A DNA stretch of 64,000 nucleotides from Treponemataceae bacterium (lineage in GTDB: Bacteria > Spirochaetota > Spirochaetia > Treponematales > Rectinemataceae): NCBI GenBank assembly GCA_963667725.2, contig CAXXHO010000005.1:256001-320000 (forward strand), given 5' to 3'. The position numbers were made by a program, and so were the translations under genes. Positions within the stretch are counted from its first letter, which is position 1. Every line of letters begins with the position of its first letter. Positions 49,430 through 57,912 of this stretch are shown here, in pieces. The notes beneath the pieces were generated by a model, which was not told the DNA's origin, ran no database searches, and saw only the letters and a list, made by a program, of their open reading frames with translations.

Positions 49430-50224
49430 TCAATGGCGAAACGTCTTTACGGCGAAAACGATGAGAGCGCCGACGACGATTATCGCGGGGCTTGTCGGTA
49501 GGTCGAGCCACAGCGCCAGCATGAAACCCCCAAAATTCATCGCGCAACCGAATGCCGCTCCCCAGAACAGCGTCCCTTTCAAACCCTTTTTCATGGAGCG
49601 GGCTGCCAGCGCCGGCAGGATAGTAACCGCGTCCACCATAAGCGCGCCCGTCACTTTCATGGCAAGACCGATGCCCAGACATACCAGTACGATAATTCCG
49701 TAATACACGCCGCGTGCATGGATTCCTTGGGCATACGCCAATTCCCGGTCGTAAAGTACTGCCAGGATTTCACGAAAGAATATCGCCGTGACGAGGATCA
49801 CCAACGCGGCGCCGCCGCAAGTAAGATACAGTTCCGTCTTTGAAAGCGCGAGAACGCTTCCCCAGAATAGATCGAATGCTTCGATGGCGTTGACCTTGGA
49901 TTTGTAGAAGAGGATGAAGGCCAACCCCAGACTCAGGGTCATGATCAAGCCAAGAGGCCCTCCCGCAGACGCCGCGTTCCGTTCGGAAAGTCGGGCAATG
50001 CCGACTCCGGCTAACAAGGCCATGGCTAGCGCCGAAATATGGGGAGGAAAACCAAAAAGAAGCCCAATTCCAGCCCCAAGCAGGGATGCGTGCATTATGG
50101 CAAACCGGGCGGGCACCAGCTCGAGAACCAAGATATAGACACCTAAGACGGGGAAAGCCAATCCGGTGGCCATAAGCGCCAGAAGAGCCCTTCTGAAAGG
50201 TAAAAGCATGAACACTTCAAACAT
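49430..50224 (-). CDS. Metal (Zn/Mn/Co) ABC transporter permease, ZnuB-like
   Basis: AIMHASLLG, LFWGSVLA, YDRELAYAQGI, ILPALAA. Confidence 0.88.
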   Translation of the reverse strand: MFEVFMLLPFRRALLALMATGLAFPVLGVYILVLELVPARFAIMHASLLGAGIGLLFGFPPHISALAMALLAGVGIARLSERNAASAGGPLGLIMTLSLGLAFILFYKSKVNAIEAFDLFWGSVLALSKTELYLTCGGAALVILVTAIFFREILAVLYDRELAYAQGIHARGVYYGIIVLVCLGIGLAMKVTGALMVDAVTILPALAARSMKKGLKGTLFWGAAFGCAMNFGGFMLALWLDLPTSPAIIVVGALIVFAVKTFRH

Positions 50225-50957
50225 GGCCGACCTCGATTCGCCCGCCTTCGAAGTCGAGAAAGCTGTCGCAGAGGCTCAGAAGTTCGGCGCTATGAGATAC
50301 CAGAAGCATCGACGCCGCCTTGTCCCGGGCGATGGAAACGAGAAGTTTGGAGATATATTCCCGTCCCTTCTCATCCAGGTGAACTCCTGGCTCATCGAGA
50401 AGCATGAGAAGCGGTTCGGCGGCAAGAGCCTTGGCTATCATCACACGCTGGTATTGGCCGCCGGACAATTCCTGAATTGCTTTCGTACCGAGGCTGGCGA
50501 CGCCAGCCTTTTCCTTCGCCGCTTCAATAGCTTTCCAATCCCCGGCTTCATAACGTCCGAGAAAGCCCACCCTGCCATAACGGCCGAGAGCGACGACATC
50601 GTCGACAGTCAGGCGCAGCTGTCCGGGAGGACGAGACTGCGGGACATATCCCACCCTCGCGAGCAGCTTCCGGAAGTTGCTTTTGCCTGGTTCAAAACCA
50701 GCGAGACGCAAAGTTCCCGACCGTGTCGCGACAAGCCCCAGGCAAGCCTTGAGAAAAGTGGACTTCCCCGCTCCGTTGGGTCCTCGAAGCCCTATAATTC
50801 GGCCTTCGCCGCCTTCAATTCTGAACGACACCCTGTCCAGAACCATAATTGAGCCATAGCCGATGGAAACATTGCGCGCTTCGATGAGCGGGACGCCTTC
50901 GATACCCTCTAGACCCCGAATTTGCGCTCTTTTCGCCACGATCGCGGTTTCGCCCAC
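50217..50957 (-). CDS. Metal ABC transporter ATP-binding protein, ZnuC-like
   Basis: GPNGAGKST, VGYVPQ, LSGGQYQR, LDEP, VSH. Confidence 0.9.
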   Translation of the reverse strand: MGETAIVAKRAQIRGLEGIEGVPLIEARNVSIGYGSIMVLDRVSFRIEGGEGRIIGLRGPNGAGKSTFLKACLGLVATRSGTLRLAGFEPGKSNFRKLLARVGYVPQSRPPGQLRLTVDDVVALGRYGRVGFLGRYEAGDWKAIEAAKEKAGVASLGTKAIQELSGGQYQRVMIAKALAAEPLLMLLDEPGVHLDEKGREYISKLLVSIARDKAASMLLVSHSAELLSLCDSFLDFEGGRIEVGHV

Positions 50958-50966
50958 GTTCAGGTC

Positions 50967-51731
50967 TTACCGCGAAACGTCGCGTGAGGCCGCGATGAAG
51001 GATTTTTCATTGAGCGCGAAGACGTCTTCTATCGTTTTCGTGCCATCTTTTCCCGGAAAATTCACGAGGGCGACATAGGGAACGCCGAGCGCCTCTATAA
51101 GGGCTTTACCCGATATGTTGTGATAATTATCGATGACGATCGCCGGTTTGGCGCCGAGGATTTCGAGCAATACGGCCGGAGAAGGTTCGCCGGGGCCGAA
51201 AGTTCCGACAATCTCGAATCCAAGCCACTCCGCATAGGTCTTCAAATATTTATGAACCGCGGCCTTTCGATTGGGATAAACGGCCATGACTTTCGCCTTC
51301 ATGGACTCGGTGAGACGATCGAAGGAGACGGCCCAAGCTTCGAAAGCGGAAATGGTGCCAAATGCCGCGGCAAGTTTTCGCGCTTCGCTCTTGAAGGTGA
51401 CGGGAAGGTTGTCAGTATACACCTGCATTATTTTTAGCCCGTCGTTCTCAGCGGTTTCGGCGAGACGCTTGGCGAAGCGTTCATACCCTGAGTGAACGAG
51501 GAACTGGGCTCCCGCCACCGCGGTGAGATCGGATGGCTTTATCTCATATTCCGGCGGGTGTTTCAGCTCCATGGGAGCGATCGTCACGACATCCCGAGCA
51601 CCGGCGGCCCTGGCGAAAGCGGCGGTCCATGATGTGGAAGCGATGACTTTAAAAGGTGCTGCTGTCTGGGCCGAAATAGAAATTCCCGCCGAGGCGATGA
51701 TAAATGAGGCAATGAGATTTCTGAATTTCAT
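50967..51731 (-). CDS. Divergent metal ABC substrate-binding protein (ZnuA/TroA-like)
   Basis: Signal peptide; VIAST, HPPEYEIKPSD, GEPSPA; operon context. Confidence 0.75.
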   Translation of the reverse strand: MKFRNLIASFIIASAGISISAQTAAPFKVIASTSWTAAFARAAGARDVVTIAPMELKHPPEYEIKPSDLTAVAGAQFLVHSGYERFAKRLAETAENDGLKIMQVYTDNLPVTFKSEARKLAAAFGTISAFEAWAVSFDRLTESMKAKVMAVYPNRKAAVHKYLKTYAEWLGFEIVGTFGPGEPSPAVLLEILGAKPAIVIDNYHNISGKALIEALGVPYVALVNFPGKDGTKTIEDVFALNEKSFIAASRDVSR

Positions 51732-51902
51732 GGAAAATATCCATTGGATCGTAATCGCGCGGCATCGAGCCATGACGAGACGTGTCATGCGCCTCGTTCA
51801 GCGGCATCCTCCAAGACGACGCCTCGGGGAAAGCCGTTTGTCGTGAAAGCGATGGGAAAGCGGCAATCATGCCGCTGACGTCGACTTCGAGCCGACAACT
51901 CG

Positions 51903-52325
51903 TTATATATCGCCGAGCTTTTCCTTGGCAAGGGTCATCGCGCAGGAAAGCAATTGGCCAAGAGGCTTCTGATCGAATCCTGCGAGAATGAAATGATTCT
52001 GGGCGACGGGAATAAGGATGCGCTCGCAGGAAGCGGTGAGCACCGCCTCGGCCATGGCCGAAGTAATCTCGCCAAGCATGCCGTTCGGGATGACAATGCC
52101 AAGCGGTCCCATTATAAGCGAACCTGTTCCCGCGGAGACTTTAATGGCGTTTTCTCCGCTCGCGCCCTTGTCCGCCCCCGATTTGAGCATTCGCTCGGTG
52201 GCGTTGGAATTTGTTCCTAGGCCGATTATCTCCACTCGGTCATCAAACGAAGCGCGAATCAATTCGACGAGCTGAGCGCCAATACCGCCACCCATGCCAT
52301 CCACCACGATGATCCTCTTTTTCAT
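51903..52325 (-). CDS. DUF3842 family protein
   Basis: IVVDGMGGGIG, LGTNSNATERMLKSGA..GASGENA, GEIT..MAEA. Confidence 0.85.
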   Translation of the reverse strand: MKKRIIVVDGMGGGIGAQLVELIRASFDDRVEIIGLGTNSNATERMLKSGADKGASGENAIKVSAGTGSLIMGPLGIVIPNGMLGEITSAMAEAVLTASCERILIPVAQNHFILAGFDQKPLGQLLSCAMTLAKEKLGDI

Positions 52326-52331
52326 ACAACA

Positions 52332-52360
52332 AGAGTATTGTCCGCGAAGAGAAGGGTCAA
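52332..52360 (-). promoter_or_regulatory. sigma70-like promoter, leaderless spacing to the DUF3842 ATG
   Basis: TTGACC-N17-TACTCT-N6-ATG. Confidence 0.65.
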
Positions 52361-52424
52361 GTTATATAGATTCACTGTGAGCGATCGCTTGACTGTCTTG
52401 GGCGCTCCAGCCGATACTTGGCGA

Positions 52425-52622
52425 GGAGACGGTTCGCGAGCCCTGGCCCGCGGCTAAAAGAGAATCCGGTCCAAATCCGGAACTGCCCCGCAGCGGTAAG
52501 AAAGAACGAAAGCCATCATAGGCACTGGAAGTATTCCATTCCGGGAAGCGATGGCCAGTAGAAACATGGCGCGTATGCAAATACGGCCGAAACGCTTTAA
52601 GTCCGAAAACCTGCCGTCTTCC
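52425..52622 (+). ncRNA. Cobalamin riboswitch upstream of tonB
   Basis: AAAAGAGAATCCGGT-ccAAATCCGGAACTG-CCCCGCAGCGGTAA..CACTGG..CCGGGAAG..AAGTCCGAAAACCTGCC; closing stem GAGACGG/CCGTCTT. Confidence 0.88.
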
Positions 52623-52695
52623 ATCCGCGTCCTGGCATGCGGATGACATGACCCGAAAGCGCCTCGAGGGAGGTCGGTGGTCGGCAGTGTATTTC

Positions 52696-52726
52696 CGCCT
52701 ATCGCCTATCGCCTATCGCCTATCGC
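52696..52726. repeat. Heptamer tandem repeat (CGCCTAT)x4
   Basis: Read directly, between the riboswitch and the tonB start. Confidence 0.9.
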
Positions 52727-52782
52727 TAATCGACACGTCGCGCTTCCATGCTGTCCGAGGGGATACGCATACCGGAAATAAT

Positions 52783-53646
52783 ATGGATGATCCTGCTAAG
52801 CGAAAGAGGTTTCCCATCTCCGCCTTCCGCCCTCCCCGCGAAGATAATTCCGGCGACATCCGCGCGAGTCTGGAAAGAAGAGCGCTCCGCCGCTATCGGT
52901 ATATTGCGGTAACGGCCACGACTATCCTCTACGCTGGGCTAGCGTTCATTCCCGGAAGCATATTCATATGTGACAGGCGCAACGTCACGCAAGTTGTGCG
53001 CCTTAACCTAGTGCCGGTCGATACCGCGGATACTTCAGCCGAAACACCCACGACGCAGGAGCAGGCTAGACCAGTGAATGCGAACATTCCGATCACCGCC
53101 CCTCCCAAAGCGCGCATCGCGCAGCCTTTGCCGCCGCCCGTCACGGTTGCCCGGCCCCTCCCGAAAAACATCGCGGATTCGGAGGTACTGGAATCGGCTG
53201 AGGACACACCCAGGGAGAATGTTCCCGAGCAGAGTAGCGGGCCGTCGCTGGAAAGCGCGAAAGAGACCGCTAGAAGCGCCGAAAAGAATTCAAACGAACC
53301 GAATGACGAATACCAACCCGATGTCGAGCCGGAGCGGAGCGATAAGGCGGCAGCGTATGCTCCGCCTTCCGCCGATGAAGTCCTCGCGCTTATATCGACG
53401 GGAATAAAGAAAAGAAAGAACTATCCCGAAGCGGCAAGGCTGAAGTCCGCGGAAGGAATCGTAAGGATTAACGTGTCGATCTTGCCGGACGGCAACTTGA
53501 AATCATTGAGAATAGTGGCTAGATCGGGCAGCGCGATCCTGGACCGCGCCGCTCTGGACCTAGTCAAAGGCCTTTTCCCGATGGGAATCGCCCTGGCCGG
53601 GGAAATGGAAGTTCTGGTACCCATCGAGTACAGACTCATCCGCTGA
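52783..53646 (+). CDS. tonB: Energy transducer TonB
   Basis: Single TM anchor, Pro/Glu-rich spacer, C-terminal NYPEAARLKSAEGIV..SGSAILDRAAL..VPIEY. Confidence 0.85.
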   Translation: MDDPAKRKRFPISAFRPPREDNSGDIRASLERRALRRYRYIAVTATTILYAGLAFIPGSIFICDRRNVTQVVRLNLVPVDTADTSAETPTTQEQARPVNANIPITAPPKARIAQPLPPPVTVARPLPKNIADSEVLESAEDTPRENVPEQSSGPSLESAKETARSAEKNSNEPNDEYQPDVEPERSDKAAAYAPPSADEVLALISTGIKKRKNYPEAARLKSAEGIVRINVSILPDGNLKSLRIVARSGSAILDRAALDLVKGLFPMGIALAGEMEVLVPIEYRLIR

Positions 53647-53664
53647 GCGCTCAACGCGTCCACG

Positions 53665-54762
53665 TCATTTCCTCACTCCGATATTGGAAACCATCTCCCC
53701 TGTCTTCCCCACGGCAATTTCCTGTACATCGGTGCCGGTCACGGAGAATCGGTATAGGGAATTGGCGCCGTCGGGAATATAGGCATAACCATCCAGGATA
53801 TCCACATCGTTCGAGCCGAATGACGCCGTCGCGCTGGTGACTTCGGAAGCCAAGGCGCTCGCCCCCGACAGATCGACGATGTAGGTCCTGGAATAGGTCG
53901 TCGCCACGAGAGTATCGCTGTCGAATGCGGCCAATCTTCCGGCGGAATAGCCCGACAGGACCGCCACGGCCGCGGTTCCATCCTCGGCATCGCTCGCGAT
54001 GAAGTCGATCGAGCCCGGAAGGCTGTTCCAGGACTCGTCATAGCCGCCTGAGTTCGCGACGAAGACACCAGTCTTGCCGCCGAAGCTGCCCGCTAGGAGT
54101 CCCGTAGTCCCAACGGCAGTCGTCGAGTAGATGGCGTCCACAGCCGTTCCCGCCGCATCAAGCCTGCAGACCTTGGCGTTGGCGTTGTCCGTCACATAGA
54201 CTCTCCCTGAGGCATAGACGATATCCTGCGGATAAAATCCCACAGGAAAGCCAGTGACCGCCGCACCAAGGCCGGAGGCCGGCCTGGACGGATCGAAGGG
54301 GTACACGGCGTTTGCGTACACGTTATAAAAGTCCGCAGTCGTTACATAGCCTAAGGTATTCGACACTACACAAGGATACTGGGCACTGGTATTCGTCGCG
54401 CCAACCATAGCCGCCGAAGGCGCTGACGAAGAGGCGTCGAAATAGTATAGCCCTGGCGCGGTATTGGAATAGCTTCCCACGGCGATAAAGCCGATATCGC
54501 CGGAGAACGCGATCTCGCCCGACGAATTCTGACCTATCGAAATGAGGGCTGTCGAAGCCGCGGTACAGGTAGTGTCGTCTATTTCATATACGTTGCCGTT
54601 CCTCGAGTCGACGACAAAGAGGTTCGCCGTCGAGCCCGTGCCCGGATTGTTGGCCGGGTTGGGACAGCTTGTCAGCAGGATCGCGACCAAAGCGACCCAA
54701 ACGATGCCCGTCGCCCATTTGCCCGTTCGCCCAAGCCATTTCATGAGATCCTTCGTTTTCAT
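53665..54762 (-). CDS. Beta-propeller-type lipoprotein, putative BtuG-like corrinoid-capture protein
   Basis: Lipobox LTSC; repeated short beta-strand blades (YPQDIVYASGRVYVT, GVFVANSGGY, NDVDILDGYAYI); AGGAG RBS directly after the receptor gene. Confidence 0.7.
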   Translation of the reverse strand: MKTKDLMKWLGRTGKWATGIVWVALVAILLTSCPNPANNPGTGSTANLFVVDSRNGNVYEIDDTTCTAASTALISIGQNSSGEIAFSGDIGFIAVGSYSNTAPGLYYFDASSSAPSAAMVGATNTSAQYPCVVSNTLGYVTTADFYNVYANAVYPFDPSRPASGLGAAVTGFPVGFYPQDIVYASGRVYVTDNANAKVCRLDAAGTAVDAIYSTTAVGTTGLLAGSFGGKTGVFVANSGGYDESWNSLPGSIDFIASDAEDGTAAVAVLSGYSAGRLAAFDSDTLVATTYSRTYIVDLSGASALASEVTSATASFGSNDVDILDGYAYIPDGANSLYRFSVTGTDVQEIAVGKTGEMVSNIGVRK

Positions 54763-54773
54763 AGAAACTCCTT

Positions 54774-56765
54774 TTATTTTTTAACAGTCCGGTACTCGAA
54801 ACCTAGTTCGATCGAAAGCCCCGGCATCGGATAACCTTTTACCGACTCATATCGCTCGTTCAGAAGATTTTTACCCTCGCAGAAGAACGACAGCCGATCG
54901 TTCAGAGACCATTCCAGCCTCGTCCCAAGCAGGAACACGGCCGGCTGGTAGGCCAAGTTGGCAGTGGTGAGATAGCTCAGGCTCTCGTAGGAGCAATTCA
55001 GCGATCCCTTGAAGGGACCCGACGCGTAGGCTCCCGTCGCGGTCAACTTGTTGGCGGGCGCTCCGGGCACCCGTTTGTCGTCGGAGAAGTCGAGGTCTCC
55101 CGAGAGGACATAGCTATGGAGGAAGCCATAGGAAAGCGAGAGCGTCCAAGGCGCCGCCGCGGATGTATATTCCAGCTCCAGGCCTGGATAAAAGGCATTG
55201 CCGAAATTGGTCGGCCGCCAGATTCCGTCGTCATTCTCCTGCCAAAGGATCACATCCTTCGAATACCGGACGAAGGTAGAGGCGGAAAAGGAGCGCACGC
55301 CCCTTTTCAGGCGGAATCCAGCGTCGGCACAGTATGACGTCTCCGGCTTGAGGTTCGGGTTTCCCTCGACGCCGCTCGACATTGGCCAATACAAATCATC
55401 GAAACTCGGCGCGCGATAGGCGGTGGATGCGGATACCGCGAAGGTAGCTTCCTCGCTCAGCGTTTTCGCGGCGCCAAGGCATAAGGACAGCCCGGAAGCA
55501 AAGTCGCTGGTCCAATCCCAGCGCAGCGCCGGCGTCAACGTCCAGGAGCCGAGGACGATCGAAGGCTCAAAGAAAACGCCTGAGCCGATCCTTTCGGGGA
55601 TGGAGTCCTCGGCGCTTTTCACGACTGTCGAATCGAGCCGCTCATAGCGGGTCGATATGCCCGCGTTGATTGTCGCGAACCTTCCTGCCAATAGCGACCA
55701 ATGCGCATCGCCGCCAATTCTGGAGCTCCTATGGACATCGGACGCATCGTCGTCGGCCTCGCTATACTCCAAAATGGCAAAACGGCCGTAGCCGTTCGCC
55801 TTGAGCGAGGATAGATCCGACATGAAATAGTCGGTCGCGTAGTCGGCGGAGAAGGATGCGTCGAGGTCGCGCTGACGAGCTTCGGGAGTAGGAGAATCTA
55901 TGGGACCGGGCACACCGAGGGTTCTCGCCCCAAGCGCCGCCGCGGCCTTGACCTCGCCCTCCCCGACGAATCCTTTCCAGGACAAGGTACCCGAGCCGCG
56001 CAGAAGGTCGGCGTTGCTCCGAAGCCGTCGCGCGTAGTTGGCGTCATAGTAGAGATAGGCGTTCGACGAGCGCTCGGCTGAGGCGGTCAGAGCAATGCCG
56101 CCAGGCAGTCCAGCTCTAAAGGAGAGGCTCTGTCCGTCAATGAGAGAAAGTAGGGAAGCCGGAACCCCGACAGCGCCAGCGCCGGATCCGGACAGGCTCG
56201 TCGCGGGAAGATAGGCTTTGTTCGATGCCTTGAGCGAAAAACCGGCGGAAGAGTCTCCTCGCTTGGTCTCGATGATGACGACACCGCCCACGGCGTCGGC
56301 ACCGTACTGGGCGACAACGCCTCCCCGCACCACTTCGATAGATTCGATATCGTCGAGAGAAAGCCCCAGCCTGGCAAGATCCACCTGCCCAGTCGCGGGA
56401 TCGGAGACGCGCACGCCGTCGACGAGGACGAGGACCTGAGTTGACGTGGAGCCGCGAAGGGAAACCGTGGATTGCGCCCCCGAAGAGCCCACCGGCGACA
56501 CAATGAGGCTGGGCATGACGGCGAGGGCCTCCTCGATAGAGGATAGCCCCATAGCCTTAAGCTCCTCCGATGTGTACTCGGTACGCCCTGCCGCAGGAGC
56601 CGGCTTTATCTGCGGAGCGACATCGGTGACCACCTGCGGAGGCAGCTCATAGGGATCGGCTCCGGCTGGCAGGCTCGCCGCGAGGGCAAGGAAGCACCAT
56701 GCGAGAGAAAGCCCCGATAACCTGGCATGCCAAAGCCACCTGAAAACATTGAAGCGCGTCGCCAT
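54774..56765 (-). CDS. btuB: TonB-dependent outer-membrane receptor, BtuB-like (alternative GTG start 56819)
   Basis: Plug motifs SLRGS..QVLVLVDGV, IESIEVVRG..YGADAVGGVV; AYRAPSFDDLY, GNPNLKPE, NLLNERY..GYPMPG; downstream of a cobalamin riboswitch. Confidence 0.85.
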   Translation of the reverse strand: MATRFNVFRWLWHARLSGLSLAWCFLALAASLPAGADPYELPPQVVTDVAPQIKPAPAAGRTEYTSEELKAMGLSSIEEALAVMPSLIVSPVGSSGAQSTVSLRGSTSTQVLVLVDGVRVSDPATGQVDLARLGLSLDDIESIEVVRGGVVAQYGADAVGGVVIIETKRGDSSAGFSLKASNKAYLPATSLSGSGAGAVGVPASLLSLIDGQSLSFRAGLPGGIALTASAERSSNAYLYYDANYARRLRSNADLLRGSGTLSWKGFVGEGEVKAAAALGARTLGVPGPIDSPTPEARQRDLDASFSADYATDYFMSDLSSLKANGYGRFAILEYSEADDDASDVHRSSRIGGDAHWSLLAGRFATINAGISTRYERLDSTVVKSAEDSIPERIGSGVFFEPSIVLGSWTLTPALRWDWTSDFASGLSLCLGAAKTLSEEATFAVSASTAYRAPSFDDLYWPMSSGVEGNPNLKPETSYCADAGFRLKRGVRSFSASTFVRYSKDVILWQENDDGIWRPTNFGNAFYPGLELEYTSAAAPWTLSLSYGFLHSYVLSGDLDFSDDKRVPGAPANKLTATGAYASGPFKGSLNCSYESLSYLTTANLAYQPAVFLLGTRLEWSLNDRLSFFCEGKNLLNERYESVKGYPMPGLSIELGFEYRTVKK

Positions 56766-56862
56766 GGAAGGCCTCCGAAGTTCTCGAGGCCCGAACGCGC
56801 GGCGGCTAAAACACGCCACGCCACTGTCATGGTGCTCACCCAGCGATCGACGCTAAAACGCG

Positions 56863-56889
56863 AAAGAAGGCCGACGCCGATCGGCGTCG
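56863..56889 (-). terminator. Candidate terminator/attenuator in the btuB leader
   Basis: Palindrome CGACGCCGATCGGCGTCG (56872-56889) followed on the minus strand by GCCTTCTTTC. Confidence 0.45.
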
Positions 56890-56965
56890 AAAAAGGAGGG
56901 GAAAACACTGTTGTTCCTCAGGCCACGAAGTTTTGCCCATAGGATGAAAATCCCATGAGCCGCCG

Positions 56966-57128
56966 CAGGGTGGTATCCTGGCTTCCGGATCATCTATTGC
57001 CGCCGACGCCTTCTCGCAATCCTCTCGAATCGCAATGGCCGCTCTCCCTCAAGGAGAGCATGTCGGGCATATCCCCGGTTACAGTGGCGGGACCGCTACG
57101 GATTTTCACCGTATTCCTCGGATCCCTG
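56966..57128 (-). ncRNA. Cobalamin riboswitch upstream of btuB
   Basis: Minus strand: GGAATACGGTGAAAATCCGTAGCGGTCCCGCCACTGTAA..GCCATTG..GAGAAGG..GGAAGCCAGGATACC; closing stem CAGGG/CCCTG. Confidence 0.92.
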
Positions 57129-57138
57129 AAGCGTTTTT

Positions 57139-57167
57139 ATACTAGGATACAAGGCGAAAACTGTCAA
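57139..57167 (-). promoter_or_regulatory. sigma70 promoter for the riboswitch-btuB transcript
   Basis: TTGACA-N17-TAGTAT just upstream of the aptamer. Confidence 0.75.
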
Positions 57168-57192
57168 CCTCGCCGCGCTTAACCGGGCCGGT

Positions 57193-57912
57193 TCAACGGA
57201 TCAAGGCGCACTTGCCCAGCCGACGCGCCGCCTCCGCAAGCGCCCGTACATTGTCCGGCGCTGGAGGGGATACATCATTCCAGGCTGGATCGAGACAGTT
57301 GCCCTGCGCGAAGGGCGCGAAGAACCAAGGAACGCCAGCGGATAACAACGGCGCCAATTCCTTCACCGTATCCGTATCGAAGAACCCCGGGCAAACCACG
57401 CTGCGCACTTCAAAAGGGATCCTCCGCTCGGCCAGAAGGCGCAGGCTTCGGAGGATAGCGGGGAAAGGATCCCCGCCGCCCGCAGGCGTAAGCCTCTTAT
57501 AGCCTGTAGCGCTGGTCTTAAGGTCCAGCGCTACATAGTCGGGTCTCGTACTCTCCCCAGCCAGCAGTATTTCCAGACTCCCGGGAAGAGATCCATTCGT
57601 ATCGAGCTTTACCGGTAGCCCCATATCATGGATACGGCCGATAACCGATCCGATATTCCCGTATAACAAGGGTTCGCCGCCCGAGATGACAACGCCTTGA
57701 ATGCGCTCCTTTCTTCGCTCAATCGCCTCCAGGCACTCATCCAGAAGCGGCAAATCCTCTGCGATGCCTAGCGCCAGCTCGCGGTTATGGCACCAGGGAC
57801 AGCGTAAATTGCAGCCTGTGAAGAATAGCACGCTCGCCACTTTGGCCGGATAATCGACGAGCGATGTTTTTCTGAACCCCACATGTTGATTGACCGCTAA
57901 GCTTTCAGACAT
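57193..57912 (-). CDS. nrdG: Anaerobic ribonucleotide reductase activating enzyme (radical SAM)
   Basis: SLVDYP, GCNLRCPWCHN, ISGGEP, KLDTNG; overlaps the nrdD stop. Confidence 0.93.
   Translation of the reverse strand: MSESLAVNQHVGFRKTSLVDYPAKVASVLFFTGCNLRCPWCHNRELALGIAEDLPLLDECLEAIERRKERIQGVVISGGEPLLYGNIGSVIGRIHDMGLPVKLDTNGSLPGSLEILLAGESTRPDYVALDLKTSATGYKRLTPAGGGDPFPAILRSLRLLAERRIPFEVRSVVCPGFFDTDTVKELAPLLSAGVPWFFAPFAQGNCLDPAWNDVSPPAPDNVRALAEAARRLGKCALIR

Noticed and set aside
51732..51902. Metal-sensing riboswitch before the metal SBP
   Set aside because: Only short hairpins (AGCGGCA/TGCCGCT); no NiCo or yybP-ykoY consensus recognised
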